A DNA stretch of 64,000 nucleotides, taken from an uncultured Thermoactinomycetaceae bacterium (lineage in GTDB: Bacteria; Bacillota; Bacilli; Thermoactinomycetales; CALJVA01). Position 1 is the first letter of the stretch. The number at the start of each line of letters is the position of its first letter. The notes under the pieces are model-generated. The model had not been told where the DNA came from. It was given only the letters and a program-made list of their open reading frames with translations, and ran no database searches. The translations under genes and the position numbers were made by a program. The DNA is taken from positions 12,208-76,207 of the forward strand of contig CALJVA010000048.1 of the NCBI GenBank assembly GCA_937975135.1, given 5' to 3'. Of this stretch, positions 1-9,614 are shown piece after piece.

Positions 1-2
1 CG

Positions 3-1034
3 ATGCCTTCGGAAATTCGGCAGCTTTCAAGTAAATATATGCGTAAACCTCGTTATATCACAGTGAGCCGGGGAGAAGTAACTGTCCCGATGATCAAACA
101 GGTTTATTATAAAGTATTGGAAGCTGGAAAGTTAGATGCTCTCTGTCGGATCTTAGACAGTGAACAGATTGACTTAGCGATTGTTTTCTGTCGCACCAAG
201 AAGGGCGCCGATGAGCTTGCTGATTCTCTCCAGGGACGTGGGTACCTTGCTGGGGGGCTTCATGGGGACTTGGCCCAGCAACAGCGGGATCGGGTGATGG
301 ATGCATTTCGTCGAGGAGATATTGAGTTACTGGTAGCGACAGATGTAGCTGCCCGAGGGATTGATGTGGGAAGCGTTTCCCATGTGATTAATTATGATAT
401 TCCGCAGGATGCAGAAAGTTATGTTCACCGGATTGGTCGAACCGGTCGTGCGGGGCGTAGCGGGGTAGCGATTACATTGATTACTCCTCGTGAGATGAAA
501 CAGCTACGAGCATTTGAACAAGAAATAGGGGTGCGCCCAGAACCCCGCGAGTTGCCGACGATGGAGGAAGTTGTTGAAAAGCAACAACAGGTATTAACCA
601 CGCGGCTGGAAGAAGTGATTCAGTCAGAACGAGATTTTTCGATCTTTGAAGAGATGGTCCGTGATTTGGCTGGACGATATGATTTAGAAAGTGTGGCAGT
701 GGCTGCGCTATATGCTGCCTTTGCGGATCGCTTCAATACCCATACAGATGCAGCCTACAACTTTGGGGAAACAGGTGCTGCACCTGGGATGGTGCGCTTC
801 TTTGTTAATGTTGGTCGAAACGTGAATATCCGGCCACAGGAATTGGTGAAAGCGATTGTGGATCATGCCGGAGTTGCTCCTAAGAGAGTAGGTCGGATCA
901 ATATTTATGATCGCTTCTCCTTCGTTGAAGTTCCTGAGGACGTAGCTCCCTTTGTATTTGAAGCCTTACGTCAGGTAAAAATTAATGGAGCACGTATTAA
1001 CTTAGAACCAGCACGACCTCGTAATCGCTCATAA
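3..1034 (+). CDS. DEAD-box ATP-dependent RNA helicase, C-terminal portion (5' end upstream of window)
   Basis: Open from the window edge. Helicase domain-2 motifs (VFCRTK, TDVAARGID, HRIGRTGRAG) followed by a DbpA/Hera-type C-terminal RNA-binding extension. Confidence 0.9.
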   Translation: MPSEIRQLSSKYMRKPRYITVSRGEVTVPMIKQVYYKVLEAGKLDALCRILDSEQIDLAIVFCRTKKGADELADSLQGRGYLAGGLHGDLAQQQRDRVMDAFRRGDIELLVATDVAARGIDVGSVSHVINYDIPQDAESYVHRIGRTGRAGRSGVAITLITPREMKQLRAFEQEIGVRPEPRELPTMEEVVEKQQQVLTTRLEEVIQSERDFSIFEEMVRDLAGRYDLESVAVAALYAAFADRFNTHTDAAYNFGETGAAPGMVRFFVNVGRNVNIRPQELVKAIVDHAGVAPKRVGRINIYDRFSFVEVPEDVAPFVFEALRQVKINGARINLEPARPRNRS

Positions 1035-1056
1035 TAAAACTCTTGAAGTAAAAAGG

Positions 1057-1088
1057 AAGCCGGTTCCGCTCTAGAGGAACCGGCTTCT
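1057..1088. terminator. Bidirectional hairpin between convergent helicase and sufT-like genes
   Basis: Perfect 12-bp stem GAAGCCGGTTCC/GGAACCGGCTTC with an 8-nt loop. An A-run on the + side gives a T-run for the minus-strand gene. Confidence 0.8.
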
Positions 1089-1094
1089 ATATGA

Positions 1095-1412
1095 TTAATG
1101 AATGCCAAGTGCCATTTTCGCATAACGGGACATGCGATCTTTGGTCCAGGGTGGATTCCAAACGATGTTTACCTCTACTCCTTTTACCCCACTTACGTGT
1201 TGTACAGCTTCTGTTACCATTTGATTAATAACTCCTGCCAAGGGACAGCCCATCGATGTAAGGGTCATCGTTACTTTTACATTGTTTTCATCATCAATGT
1301 CGACTCCATAAACTAGACCGAGATTGACGATATCAATATGAAGCTCTGGGTCTTCGACGGTTTCCAGGGCTTCCATAATTTCTTCCTTCATTTTTTCTTT
1401 ATCAACAGCCAT
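1095..1412 (-). CDS. sufT: DUF59/SufT-like Fe-S cluster assembly protein (YitW homolog)
   Basis: Near-colinear with B. subtilis YitW (DPELxIDIVNLGLVY, TLTSMGCPLA, IVWNPPWT, MSRYAKxALGI). Start chosen at MAVDKEK, with RBS AAAGGAGA 8 nt upstream. Confidence 0.9.
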   Translation of the reverse strand: MAVDKEKMKEEIMEALETVEDPELHIDIVNLGLVYGVDIDDENNVKVTMTLTSMGCPLAGVINQMVTEAVQHVSGVKGVEVNIVWNPPWTKDRMSRYAKMALGIH

Positions 1413-1547
1413 CGATCTCGTCTCCTTTCGTTGATCCCTTCTTTTTGTTTTCACTATTGTATCACAAGAGAGGCTGGACTCCTAAAAGCATTGTGATTTA
1501 ACCCATTATCCCACCAAGAAAAGGAAGGGGCATACTTTACATTTACA

Positions 1548-1561
1548 CGAATAAATGTTCG
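1548..1561 (+). promoter_or_regulatory. LexA (Cheo/SOS) box upstream of recA
   Basis: CGAATAAATGTTCG matches the Gram-positive consensus CGAAC-N4-GTTCG (one mismatch). It lies 10 nt upstream of the predicted -35. Confidence 0.75.
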
Positions 1562-1570
1562 CAATTCCTC

Positions 1571-1599
1571 TTGGCACTGACTAAAAAACGAGGTATGAT
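1571..1599 (+). promoter_or_regulatory. Putative sigma-A promoter of recA
   Basis: TTGGCA, 17-nt spacer, TATGAT; about 30 nt upstream of the recA RBS GAGGAG. Confidence 0.6.
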
Positions 1600-1628
1600 G
1601 AAAATACCAACATTAGAGGAGTGATTGG

Positions 1629-2666
1629 ATGTCAGATCGTAGTCAGGCATTGGAAATGGCTCTGCGGCAGATTGAAAAGCAGTTTGGTAAAGGGTCGATT
1701 ATGAAGTTGGGCGAATCAGGCCCGATGCAAGTGGAAACAATTTCCTCAGGAGCTTTAGCCTTGGATATTGCCTTGGGTATCGGAGGATTCCCCCGTGGGC
1801 GAATTATTGAAGTATATGGACCCGAGTCTTCTGGAAAGACAACGGTTGCTTTACATGCTATTGCTGAGGCCCAAAAAGTAGGTGGACAGGCTGCTTTTAT
1901 CGATGCAGAGCATGCTCTTGATCCGATTTATGCTCAAAAATTAGGGGTAAATATTGATGAATTGCTCTTGTCCCAGCCAGATACTGGAGAGCAAGCGCTG
2001 GAAATTGCTGAAGCTTTGGTACGTAGCGGAGCCATTGACATTATTGTGATTGACTCTGTGGCTGCTTTGGTGCCAAAAGCAGAGATTGAAGGCGAAATGG
2101 GAGATTCTCATGTAGGTCTTCAAGCCAGACTGATGTCCCAGGCACTCCGCAAGTTATCCGGTGCAATCAGCAAGTCCCGGACGATTGCCATCTTCATTAA
2201 CCAAATTCGAGAGAAAGTAGGAGTAATGTTTGGTAGCCCCGAGACAACCCCAGGTGGACGAGCCCTTAAGTTTTATTCCAGTGTTCGTCTGGAAGTACGC
2301 CGGGCAGAAACCATCAAACAAGGGACAGAAATGATTGGAAACCGGACTCGCATCAAAGTGGTGAAAAACAAGGTTGCTCCACCTTTTAAGCAAGCTGATG
2401 TAGATATCATGTATGGTGAAGGAATCTCCAAAGAGGGAAGTATTTTGGATATTGGAAGTGACTTAGATATTATTACAAAGAGTGGAGCTTGGTATTCATT
2501 TGAAGGGGAACGTTTAGGGCAAGGGCGTGAGAATGCCAAACAGTTTTTAAGAGAAAATGAAAAAATATGCAAGCAAATTGAAGCCCGGATTCGCGCACAC
2601 TACCAGCTTCCAGTGAACATGGTGGAAGAAGAGTCAACAGAGGAGAAAGCGACTGAAGAAGGTTAA
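1629..2666 (+). CDS. recA: Recombinase RecA
   Basis: Full-length RecA with Walker [10 protein letters not shown] and FIDAEHALD. Confidence 0.99.
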   Translation: MSDRSQALEMALRQIEKQFGKGSIMKLGESGPMQVETISSGALALDIALGIGGFPRGRIIEVYGPESSGKTTVALHAIAEAQKVGGQAAFIDAEHALDPIYAQKLGVNIDELLLSQPDTGEQALEIAEALVRSGAIDIIVIDSVAALVPKAEIEGEMGDSHVGLQARLMSQALRKLSGAISKSRTIAIFINQIREKVGVMFGSPETTPGGRALKFYSSVRLEVRRAETIKQGTEMIGNRTRIKVVKNKVAPPFKQADVDIMYGEGISKEGSILDIGSDLDIITKSGAWYSFEGERLGQGRENAKQFLRENEKICKQIEARIRAHYQLPVNMVEEESTEEKATEEG

Positions 2667-2694
2667 TTGCTTTGAAGCAAGGCGGCGTTGAGCG

Positions 2695-3348
2695 ATGAAA
2701 AGTGTGATTACGCGAATCGAACGGCAGGAAGGTAGAAAGGGACGTTATCACCTTTATATTCAGGGTTTTGATTCCCCTTTGTCGATCCATGAAGATGTCC
2801 TTGTTCGTTTAAGATTATCCAAGGGAATGGAGATCAACCTAGCTGAAATTGAAGAGATTCTTGATCTTGAGGAACAGACCAAGGTAAAACAGGCTGCTTT
2901 ACGTTATTTAAGTTACCGGCCGCGAACAGAACAGGAACTGGATCGTTATCTGGAGCAAGCAGGGTTTGAAAAGCATCATCGAGAAGTGGTGATTGCAGAA
3001 TTAAGTAATTTGGGATATATCGACGATCGCCAATTTGCTGCACAGTGGATAAAGAGTCGGCGTGAGATCAAAGGGTATGGAAATTTGCGTCTGCGACAGG
3101 AGCTGCAACAGAAAGGAATCGCCTCTGAAATCATCGAAGAGCTCCTGCAAGAAAACGATGAAGAGAAAGAGTTTCAGCTTGCACTTTCAGTGGCTGAAAG
3201 TCGTTATAAAAGGATACAAGATCTTCCTTGGAAAACCATTGAAAGGCGGCTGGGCCACTATCTGGCCCGCCGCGGATTTCCCCATGGACTGATTTTTATG
3301 GTATTAGAAAGGTTACGGACACGGCGAGATGAAGAGCGGGAGGAATAG
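2695..3348 (+). CDS. recX: Recombination regulator RecX
   Basis: Three-repeat helical RecX-like sequence (ALRYLSYRPRTEQEL, GYIDDRQFA, YGNLRLRQELQQKGI). Starts 28 nt after recA. Confidence 0.85.
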   Translation: MKSVITRIERQEGRKGRYHLYIQGFDSPLSIHEDVLVRLRLSKGMEINLAEIEEILDLEEQTKVKQAALRYLSYRPRTEQELDRYLEQAGFEKHHREVVIAELSNLGYIDDRQFAAQWIKSRREIKGYGNLRLRQELQQKGIASEIIEELLQENDEEKEFQLALSVAESRYKRIQDLPWKTIERRLGHYLARRGFPHGLIFMVLERLRTRRDEEREE

Positions 3349-3351
3349 GGA

Positions 3352-4347
3352 ATGCGCCTGTTATACTTGACGGACACACATATTCGTGGAACTTCTCCTC
3401 GTAGCCGGAATGATGATTTTCCTTCCACAATGAAAAAGAAGCTGGAAGAAGTGATTCAAATCGTGCACCGAGAGCAGATTGATGCTGTTCTTCATGGTGG
3501 CGACCTGTTTGATCGCCCTGATTTGTCTCCGGCGATTGTTGGTCAGTTTGCCGCTTTTTTTCGTCGCTTTCAAGTTCCAGTATATGCAATCGCTGGAAAT
3601 CACGATTTGTTTGGCCATAATCCGGATACTGTTGGGCGGACAATGCTTGGATTATTGGATGCTCTAGGGGTACTTCGCCTTATACGACCAGGTGAAGTTA
3701 TTTTTATGGAAAAGGAAGGGCGAAAGGTTCAGCTCTCAGGCCAACCCTTTCATTATGATTTAGATAAGCGGGCGCCGGAGTTGGACTATTCTGTTCCAGG
3801 ACGTAATGGGGCTGATGTTTGTATTCACATGGTACATGGAATGCTGGTAGCTCGTCCATTGCCGGAAGGAGTAGCCCATACGTTGATTGATCACGTTTGG
3901 CAGGCTGATTTTGACCTTTTGTTAACTGGTCATTATCATGCTGGTTTTCCTCTTCAGCGACGGGAAGGTAGAGTGATTGTGAATCCTGGTGCGTTGGCTC
4001 GGGTGAATAACCATGTGTCGGAAGTGCAGCGGATGCCTCAAGTAGCCATCATTACATTGGAGGAAGAGATTGATGTACGTTTACTTCCACTTACTTCGGC
4101 AGTAAATGGTTCCGAAGTACTGGACCGTAGCTATCTCCAGAAAAAATCTTATCAAGAAGAGAAAATGAACGACTTTTTACAAGTAGTTCGTGCTGCGGGA
4201 AAAGTAGAATCGATTTCCATTGCGGAGATTATTGATCATATCGCAAAGATGCATAAAGTTGAAGATTCGGTTCGGAAGGAAGCACTACTCCGTATCGCTG
4301 CTGTGGAGGAACAGTTGGCAACGAGAGGAGGGACGGGTAGCAGGTGA
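3352..4347 (+). CDS. Mre11/SbcD-family metallophosphoesterase (DNA repair exonuclease-like)
   Basis: Calcineurin-like motifs LTDTH, GGDLFD, AGNHD and TGHYH. Starts 3 nt after recX; GTGA overlap with the next gene. Confidence 0.85.
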   Translation: MRLLYLTDTHIRGTSPRSRNDDFPSTMKKKLEEVIQIVHREQIDAVLHGGDLFDRPDLSPAIVGQFAAFFRRFQVPVYAIAGNHDLFGHNPDTVGRTMLGLLDALGVLRLIRPGEVIFMEKEGRKVQLSGQPFHYDLDKRAPELDYSVPGRNGADVCIHMVHGMLVARPLPEGVAHTLIDHVWQADFDLLLTGHYHAGFPLQRREGRVIVNPGALARVNNHVSEVQRMPQVAIITLEEEIDVRLLPLTSAVNGSEVLDRSYLQKKSYQEEKMNDFLQVVRAAGKVESISIAEIIDHIAKMHKVEDSVRKEALLRIAAVEEQLATRGGTGSR

Positions 4348-5822
4348 AAAGAGTGGCAAGTTTATTACTGGAAAATTTTCAGTCCCATCGATATACAGAG
4401 ATCTCCTTTGTATCTGGGATGAATGTGTTTGTTGGTCCATCAGACAGTGGAAAAAGTGCTATCCTTCGTGCTTTGAGGTGGGTATTATTTAATCAACCTC
4501 GGGGAAGTGAGTATATTCGGGTAGGGGCGGATCACTGTCGTGTAACACTTACTATGAATGATGGGGTAAAGATTATCCGTGAGCGTTCATCCTCCACAAA
4601 TCGATATATTTTAATCAATCCCGAAGGAGAAAAACAAATTTTTGAGGGATTTGGGAGCGGTGTACCACAGGAAATATTGGATTCTCATGGGATGCATCCA
4701 TTGAAGTTGGATCAGGATTGGGAATTACCGATCCAATTTGGTTCACAGCTGGAGGCTCCTTTTTTATTATCTGAAACGGGCTCTATAAAGGCGAAAACAA
4801 TTGGTCGGGTAAGTGGTGCCCATTTGATTGATTTAGCTCTTAACCAGGCGGTATCCGATCGTCGGGCATTAACAGCCAAAATAAAAAATGCGGAGGAACA
4901 AGCTCAGCAGCTGCAGCAAGATTTGGAGTCATATAAAGAACTGGATCAGATGAAGGAAAAATTGGAGCGGGCTCACCAGCTTTTTCAAGGGGCGGAGGAT
5001 CTTCTGCAGCAGATGAATCGTCTCAAAAAATTGCGTGAAGAATTACTCCTCTGTCGCCAGCGACAAGGGGAAGTAAAAAGCAAACTGGAACAGCTGAGTT
5101 CGTTGCCTTTAGTGGAAGGACTTGTTTCCAATCTAGAATATTTGGAGTTGCGGAGTTCCTTATTAAATGCGAAACGGTTAAGCTGGTTACATAATCAGAG
5201 GGAGCGAAGGATTTGTCTCGAAGTCATCGAGCGGACGGCTCACTTACCTAAAGTAGCCCATTTAATTAGTCAGGCTGAAGAAGCTAAAAAAGAGTTGTCA
5301 GAATGGAGTGTGCTTCATAAACGATTGCAACACCTTCGCAGGGAGATCCGTACCTTGCAACACTGGTTGGAAAAAACAGAGCAGATGCCAGCAGCAGGCT
5401 TTTATCTGGAAGAAATCGTTCAATTGCAAACTCGTCTTCAGAAAATAAAGCCCCAAGCTGTTAGATGGCAAAGGATTGTGAAAGAAAAAGAGGTTTGTGA
5501 AGAACTGTTAAATCGTACTCAGCGGGTTCCGAAGGCATTCTCCCAGGTATCCGCTTTGGAAATGGCGATGGACCGGTATAAGGAGCTGGTTCGTTATCAG
5601 GAGCAACTTGCAGATAAACGAAGGCGCATGCAGATTGGAACCGCCTTTTTGCAGCAGAAGGAGCGGGAGATTCGTGAGCAGATTCATAAACTAACCTGCT
5701 TATTTGAAGAAGTGGGTCAATGTCCTACTTGTGGTTCAGTGATTGATCAGGAGATATTGAAGCGGATTACAAAGGAGTATCAAGGAGGAGAAGATGATGC
5801 AGCAGCGGGAAGAGAAAATTAA
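4344..5822 (+). CDS. Rad50/SbcC-like ATPase, N-terminal lobe + ascending coiled coil + zinc hook
   Basis: LENFQSH...GPSDSGKSAILRAL (Walker A), Q-loop-like QFGSQLEAPFLL, about 300 aa of coiled coil, and CPTCG about 25 aa before the stop. Confidence 0.85.
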   Translation: MKRVASLLLENFQSHRYTEISFVSGMNVFVGPSDSGKSAILRALRWVLFNQPRGSEYIRVGADHCRVTLTMNDGVKIIRERSSSTNRYILINPEGEKQIFEGFGSGVPQEILDSHGMHPLKLDQDWELPIQFGSQLEAPFLLSETGSIKAKTIGRVSGAHLIDLALNQAVSDRRALTAKIKNAEEQAQQLQQDLESYKELDQMKEKLERAHQLFQGAEDLLQQMNRLKKLREELLLCRQRQGEVKSKLEQLSSLPLVEGLVSNLEYLELRSSLLNAKRLSWLHNQRERRICLEVIERTAHLPKVAHLISQAEEAKKELSEWSVLHKRLQHLRREIRTLQHWLEKTEQMPAAGFYLEEIVQLQTRLQKIKPQAVRWQRIVKEKEVCEELLNRTQRVPKAFSQVSALEMAMDRYKELVRYQEQLADKRRRMQIGTAFLQQKEREIREQIHKLTCLFEEVGQCPTCGSVIDQEILKRITKEYQGGEDDAAAGREN

Positions 5823-6051
5823 GATTTTGAAACAGGCATTGGAGAAGGCAAAAGATGAGCGTTATAAAGCGGAAGCTAAGATGGAGCAGCTCCAGTGGGA
5901 GGAAAAGAAAATTCTTGAGGAGTTGCGGGAACAAAATGTGGATCCAGAACGATTGGATGAGGAGATTGCTGCACTGGAACGGGAAATTGATGAAAAAATC
6001 AAAGAAGCTTGGGCGTTATTGCCTGAGGAGTTGTTAAAGAAGAATGAGTGA
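5794..6051 (+). CDS. 85-aa coiled-coil protein (middle piece of the split Rad50/SbcC-like arm)
   Basis: RBS AAGGAGGAG upstream of ATGATG. E/K/L-rich heptad sequence. Overlaps the upstream ORF by 29 nt and the downstream ORF by 8 nt. Confidence 0.6.
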   Translation: MMQQREEKIKILKQALEKAKDERYKAEAKMEQLQWEEKKILEELREQNVDPERLDEEIAALEREIDEKIKEAWALLPEELLKKNE

Positions 6052-6718
6052 AGCGAGTTTACAGGAATTATCTAAGGCATTGCGTCAAGCAAATTCAGAA
6101 TGGGCCAAACGGGATGGGCAGCGAGAAAAACTGCTTGAGCAGTTAAAAGTGGTGGAAGAAAAGCTTGTGGCTTTACGGAAGGAACAGGAGTTGCTTGAAA
6201 AAGTAGCAGCTCTAATGCGAGAATCTGCAGAGTATGCACGGGAGCAAGCGCGAGATCAGATGGAAAACCTGGTTACAAATGCGCTCCAATATGTATTTGG
6301 GCCAGAGTTTCAATTTTCCATTCAATTTTCAGAGCATGGTGGAAAACCGGTCGCGGAGTTTTATGTTATTACAGAATGGGAAGGGAAGAAGATTAAAACA
6401 CGACCGCAAGAGGCCCGAGGCGGAGGAGTTGTTGATATCATTTCCCTTGCCTTGCGGATTGGTCTGATGGAAAGTTTTCGTCCTCGACCGGAAGGACCTC
6501 TTATTTTAGACGAGCCAGGAAAGCATGTGAGTGCTGAGTATATTCATGCAATGCTTGAGTTTTTGAAGCAGACGGGAGAAATGTTTGGTCGTCAGATTAT
6601 TTTGGTTACCCATAATCCCCACCTAACGGATGCAGCAGATCAGGCCTGGCAAGTGCAGTATAAAAGCGGGGAAACGGAGGTTGTTCCAATCACACTTCTT
6701 GACAGCGGGCATGGCTAA
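6044..6718 (+). CDS. Rad50/SbcC-like ATPase, descending coiled coil + C-terminal lobe
   Basis: Signature-like ARGGGVVDIISLAL, Walker B PLILDEPG and H-loop ILVTHN. Confidence 0.8.
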   Translation: MSEASLQELSKALRQANSEWAKRDGQREKLLEQLKVVEEKLVALRKEQELLEKVAALMRESAEYAREQARDQMENLVTNALQYVFGPEFQFSIQFSEHGGKPVAEFYVITEWEGKKIKTRPQEARGGGVVDIISLALRIGLMESFRPRPEGPLILDEPGKHVSAEYIHAMLEFLKQTGEMFGRQIILVTHNPHLTDAADQAWQVQYKSGETEVVPITLLDSGHG

Positions 6719-6802
6719 ATAATACAATTAATGTGTGTCTCTTTCTATTATCTCCTCCTCGATTTATCGGGGCGGACTTACCACTCGAATGAAGACTTAA
6801 AT

Positions 6803-6860
6803 AGGCGCTGGGGGCAGGGGCTGACGCTAAAGAGAAGAGCATGCCTCCTGCGCCTTTTTT
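6803..6860 (+). terminator. Candidate terminator after the recA-to-SbcC-like gene string
   Basis: AGGCGCTGGGGG pairs with CCTCCTGCGCCT (includes G-U pairs, large loop), followed by TTTTTT. Confidence 0.45.
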
Positions 6861-7042
6861 CACAAGTGATCCATAGAGGCGTTGTGAATTTCAAAAGCTT
6901 GGGCCGGCGATCCCTTGGTATATTTTTACAACGTTTCTAAAGCAGTGTGAAAATGGAAGGGTATGGGTCATTTGGTCCTATAATGAATCGATGAAAAAAA
7001 GACCTTTTGTATAAGGAAGTGACATCCATCTGAACGAAAGAA

Positions 7043-7067
7043 AGACCGAATGAGTCGGTCTTGTTTT
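7043..7067 (+). terminator. Hairpin + T-tract 34 nt upstream of the rny start (leader or orphan terminator)
   Basis: AGACCGA-atgag-TCGGTCT followed by TGTTTT. A TATAAT box lies at 6979-6984 upstream. Confidence 0.55.
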
Positions 7068-7100
7068 ATAAATAAAGGCGAAGGAGGTGGATAATGATCG

Positions 7101-8645
7101 ATGACGGATATGATTATCCTTCTCATCTTATTTTTGGCTGCGCTAGCTCTTGGAGCTGGTTTCGGATTTTGGTTGCGCAAAGTGATGGCGGAAGCACGGA
7201 TCGGTAGCGCGGAAAAAGAAGCAGAACAGATCCTGGAGAAAGCTCGTGGTGAAGCAGAAGCGATTAAGAGGGAGAAGATTTTGGAAGCCCGCGATAAAAA
7301 CCATCACTTGCGACTTGAAATGGAGCGAGAGATCAGAGAGCAGCGCAATGAGCTGCAACGATTTGAACGGCGCTTGATGCAGAAGGAAGAAGCTTTGGAA
7401 CGTAAACAAAGTACATTGGAAAAGCGAGAAGAAGGAATCCAACAGGCGGAACGACGAATCGAGGAGCGGGAGCGAGAGATTGAAAAGCTTTATCAAGATC
7501 AAGTCGCAGAGTTAGAACGTCTATCTGGTCTTTCGACAGAAGAAGCGCGGAAACTGATCCTATCTCGCTTGGAAAATGAGCTATCTCATGAAACCGCACA
7601 AATGATCAAGGAAATGGAACTTCGGGCACGGGAAGAGGCAGATAAACGGGCGCGTAATATTTTGTCTCTAGCGATTCAGCGTTGTGCTGCAGACCATGTC
7701 GCTGAATCCACTGTTTCAGTGGTAACTTTGCCAAACGATGAAATGAAGGGGCGGATCATTGGACGTGAGGGACGAAATATACGAACGTTGGAAACACTGA
7801 CCGGGATTGATCTAATCATCGATGACACCCCTGAAGCAGTTATTTTATCCGGCTTTGATCCTATTCGACGGGAAGTGGCGCGAACTGCTTTGGAAAAGTT
7901 GGTTTCGGATGGTCGTATTCACCCTGCTCGAATTGAAGAAATGGTGGAAAAGGCACGGCGAGAAGTGGATGAACGGATTCGGGAATATGGAGAGCAGGCC
8001 ACCTTTGAAACAGGTGTGCATGGGCTCCATCCAGATCTGATCAAAATCTTAGGGCGGCTTCGTTTCCGGACAAGTTATGGGCAGAATGTCCTTCAACACT
8101 CCATCGAAGTGGCACATCTTGCAGGTCTGATGGCCGCAGAGTTGGGTGAGGATATTGTGTTGGCCAAGCGTGCTGGTTTGCTCCATGATATTGGCAAAGC
8201 GATTGACCACGAGGTAGAGGGCTCCCATGTAGAGATTGGAATTGAATTAGCTAAGAAGTACAATGAGCATGCAGCCGTTATCAATGGGATCGCCTCACAC
8301 CATGGAGATGTGGAGCCAAACAATGTGATCTCCGTTCTAGTCTGTGCTGCCGATGCATTGTCAGCGGCGCGTCCAGGAGCTAGACGGGAGACATTGGAAG
8401 CTTATATCAAACGCTTGGAAAAGTTAGAGGAGATCTGTGAATCCTTCAGTGGAGTGGAAAAGTCTTATGCAATACAGGCTGGCCGTGAGGTGCGCATCAT
8501 CGTTCGCCCAGATGAAGTGGACGATGCAGAAGCGGTTCGCCTAGTGCGGGAGATTACAAAGCAAATTGAAAAGCAGTTAGATTATCCGGGACACATTAAA
8601 GTAACGGTAATCCGCGAGACACGGGCGGTTGAATATGCAAAATAA
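7101..8645 (+). CDS. rny: Ribonuclease Y
   Basis: N-terminal TM helix, coiled coil, KH domain ([15 protein letters not shown]) and HD domain (LLHDIGKA). Near-identical blocks to B. subtilis Rny. Confidence 0.99.
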   Translation: MTDMIILLILFLAALALGAGFGFWLRKVMAEARIGSAEKEAEQILEKARGEAEAIKREKILEARDKNHHLRLEMEREIREQRNELQRFERRLMQKEEALERKQSTLEKREEGIQQAERRIEEREREIEKLYQDQVAELERLSGLSTEEARKLILSRLENELSHETAQMIKEMELRAREEADKRARNILSLAIQRCAADHVAESTVSVVTLPNDEMKGRIIGREGRNIRTLETLTGIDLIIDDTPEAVILSGFDPIRREVARTALEKLVSDGRIHPARIEEMVEKARREVDERIREYGEQATFETGVHGLHPDLIKILGRLRFRTSYGQNVLQHSIEVAHLAGLMAAELGEDIVLAKRAGLLHDIGKAIDHEVEGSHVEIGIELAKKYNEHAAVINGIASHHGDVEPNNVISVLVCAADALSAARPGARRETLEAYIKRLEKLEEICESFSGVEKSYAIQAGREVRIIVRPDEVDDAEAVRLVREITKQIEKQLDYPGHIKVTVIRETRAVEYAK

Positions 8646-8674
8646 AGTGGCTGTGCGCGCCGCTTTATTTTTTT
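8644..8674 (+). terminator. Hairpin/T-run after rny
   Basis: AAAGTGGC...GCCGCTTT stem followed by ATTTTTTT, overlapping the rny stop codon. Confidence 0.6.
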
Positions 8675-8691
8675 ATTGGAGGGTACGATTG

Positions 8692-9489
8692 ATGCGAGTG
8701 TTGATGATTGGAGATATTGTTGGTACTGCTGGGCAGTCCACGTTGATGGAATGGCTTCCACGTCTCCGTAGGTCACTTTCCCCTTCCATCGTCGTCGCTA
8801 ATGGTGAAAATGCGGCTGGGGGTCGGGGAATTACTCGTGCGATTTATCACAAGCTGTTGGAGATCGGTATCGACTGTGTAACATTGGGAAACCACACTTG
8901 GGCAAAGGAAGAGATTTTTGATTTTATTGATTCAGAGCCGCGTCTACTGCGACCGGCCAATTATCCACCTGGCACACCGGGAAAAGGAATTGCCCATCTA
9001 ACTGTCAATGGTGCACGTCTTATAGTGATAAGTTTGATGGGACGAACTTTTTTATCATCAAGCTTAGATTGTCCCTTTCGTACCGTTGATTCTTTGTTGG
9101 AGGGACTCGATCCAAAAACAACACCAATTTTGGTTGATTTTCACGCTGAAACAACTTCTGAAAAGCAGGCAATGGCTTGGTATTTAGATGGGCGGATTTC
9201 AGGATTAGTGGGTACTCATACTCATGTCCAGACAGCGGACGAGCGTATTTTGCCTCAAGGAACAGCTTATTTGACAGATGTTGGCATGGTAGGGCCCTAT
9301 GATGGTATCCTTGGGATGGATCGGGAGTTGGTTCAAAAAAGGTTCTTAACTCAACTTCCTGTACGGTTTAATACCGCAGGAGGGCGTACTCAGCTAAATG
9401 CTGTTCTCATCGACATTGATCTGACAACAGGAGGAGCCAAAAAAATTCGTCGAATACGGATTGATGATGATCACCCATTTCTGGAATGA
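8692..9489 (+). CDS. ymdB: YmdB-family metallophosphoesterase (2',3'-cyclic-nucleotide 2'-phosphodiesterase)
   Basis: MRVLMIGDIVG..., NGENAAGG, GNHTW, VDFHAETTSEK and THTHVQTADE. Start at the ATG with RBS GGAGGG, not the longer track ORF (8629). Confidence 0.93.
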   Translation: MRVLMIGDIVGTAGQSTLMEWLPRLRRSLSPSIVVANGENAAGGRGITRAIYHKLLEIGIDCVTLGNHTWAKEEIFDFIDSEPRLLRPANYPPGTPGKGIAHLTVNGARLIVISLMGRTFLSSSLDCPFRTVDSLLEGLDPKTTPILVDFHAETTSEKQAMAWYLDGRISGLVGTHTHVQTADERILPQGTAYLTDVGMVGPYDGILGMDRELVQKRFLTQLPVRFNTAGGRTQLNAVLIDIDLTTGGAKKIRRIRIDDDHPFLE

Positions 9490-9546
9490 GCCTCTCTTCC
9501 CATCTTTCCTTCCTTTTCAATTTTTAGAATGTTTATCTTTGCGAGA

Positions 9547-9571
9547 AGGAATTTATTGCTCACTGGCGAAT
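9547..9571 (+). promoter_or_regulatory. Possible sigma-H-type promoter of spoVS
   Basis: AGGAATT, 14 nt, GAAT resembles the sigma-H consensus. B. subtilis spoVS is sigma-H dependent. Confidence 0.35.
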
Positions 9572-9614
9572 ATATTTATTGTGGACTCACTTCAACCATC
9601 GAGGAGGTAACTAC

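Noticed and set aside
6731-6940. 69-aa + strand ORF in the gap between the SbcC-like gene and rny.
   Set aside because: It has no RBS and an odd composition, and it overlaps the candidate terminator structure. It is most likely non-coding.
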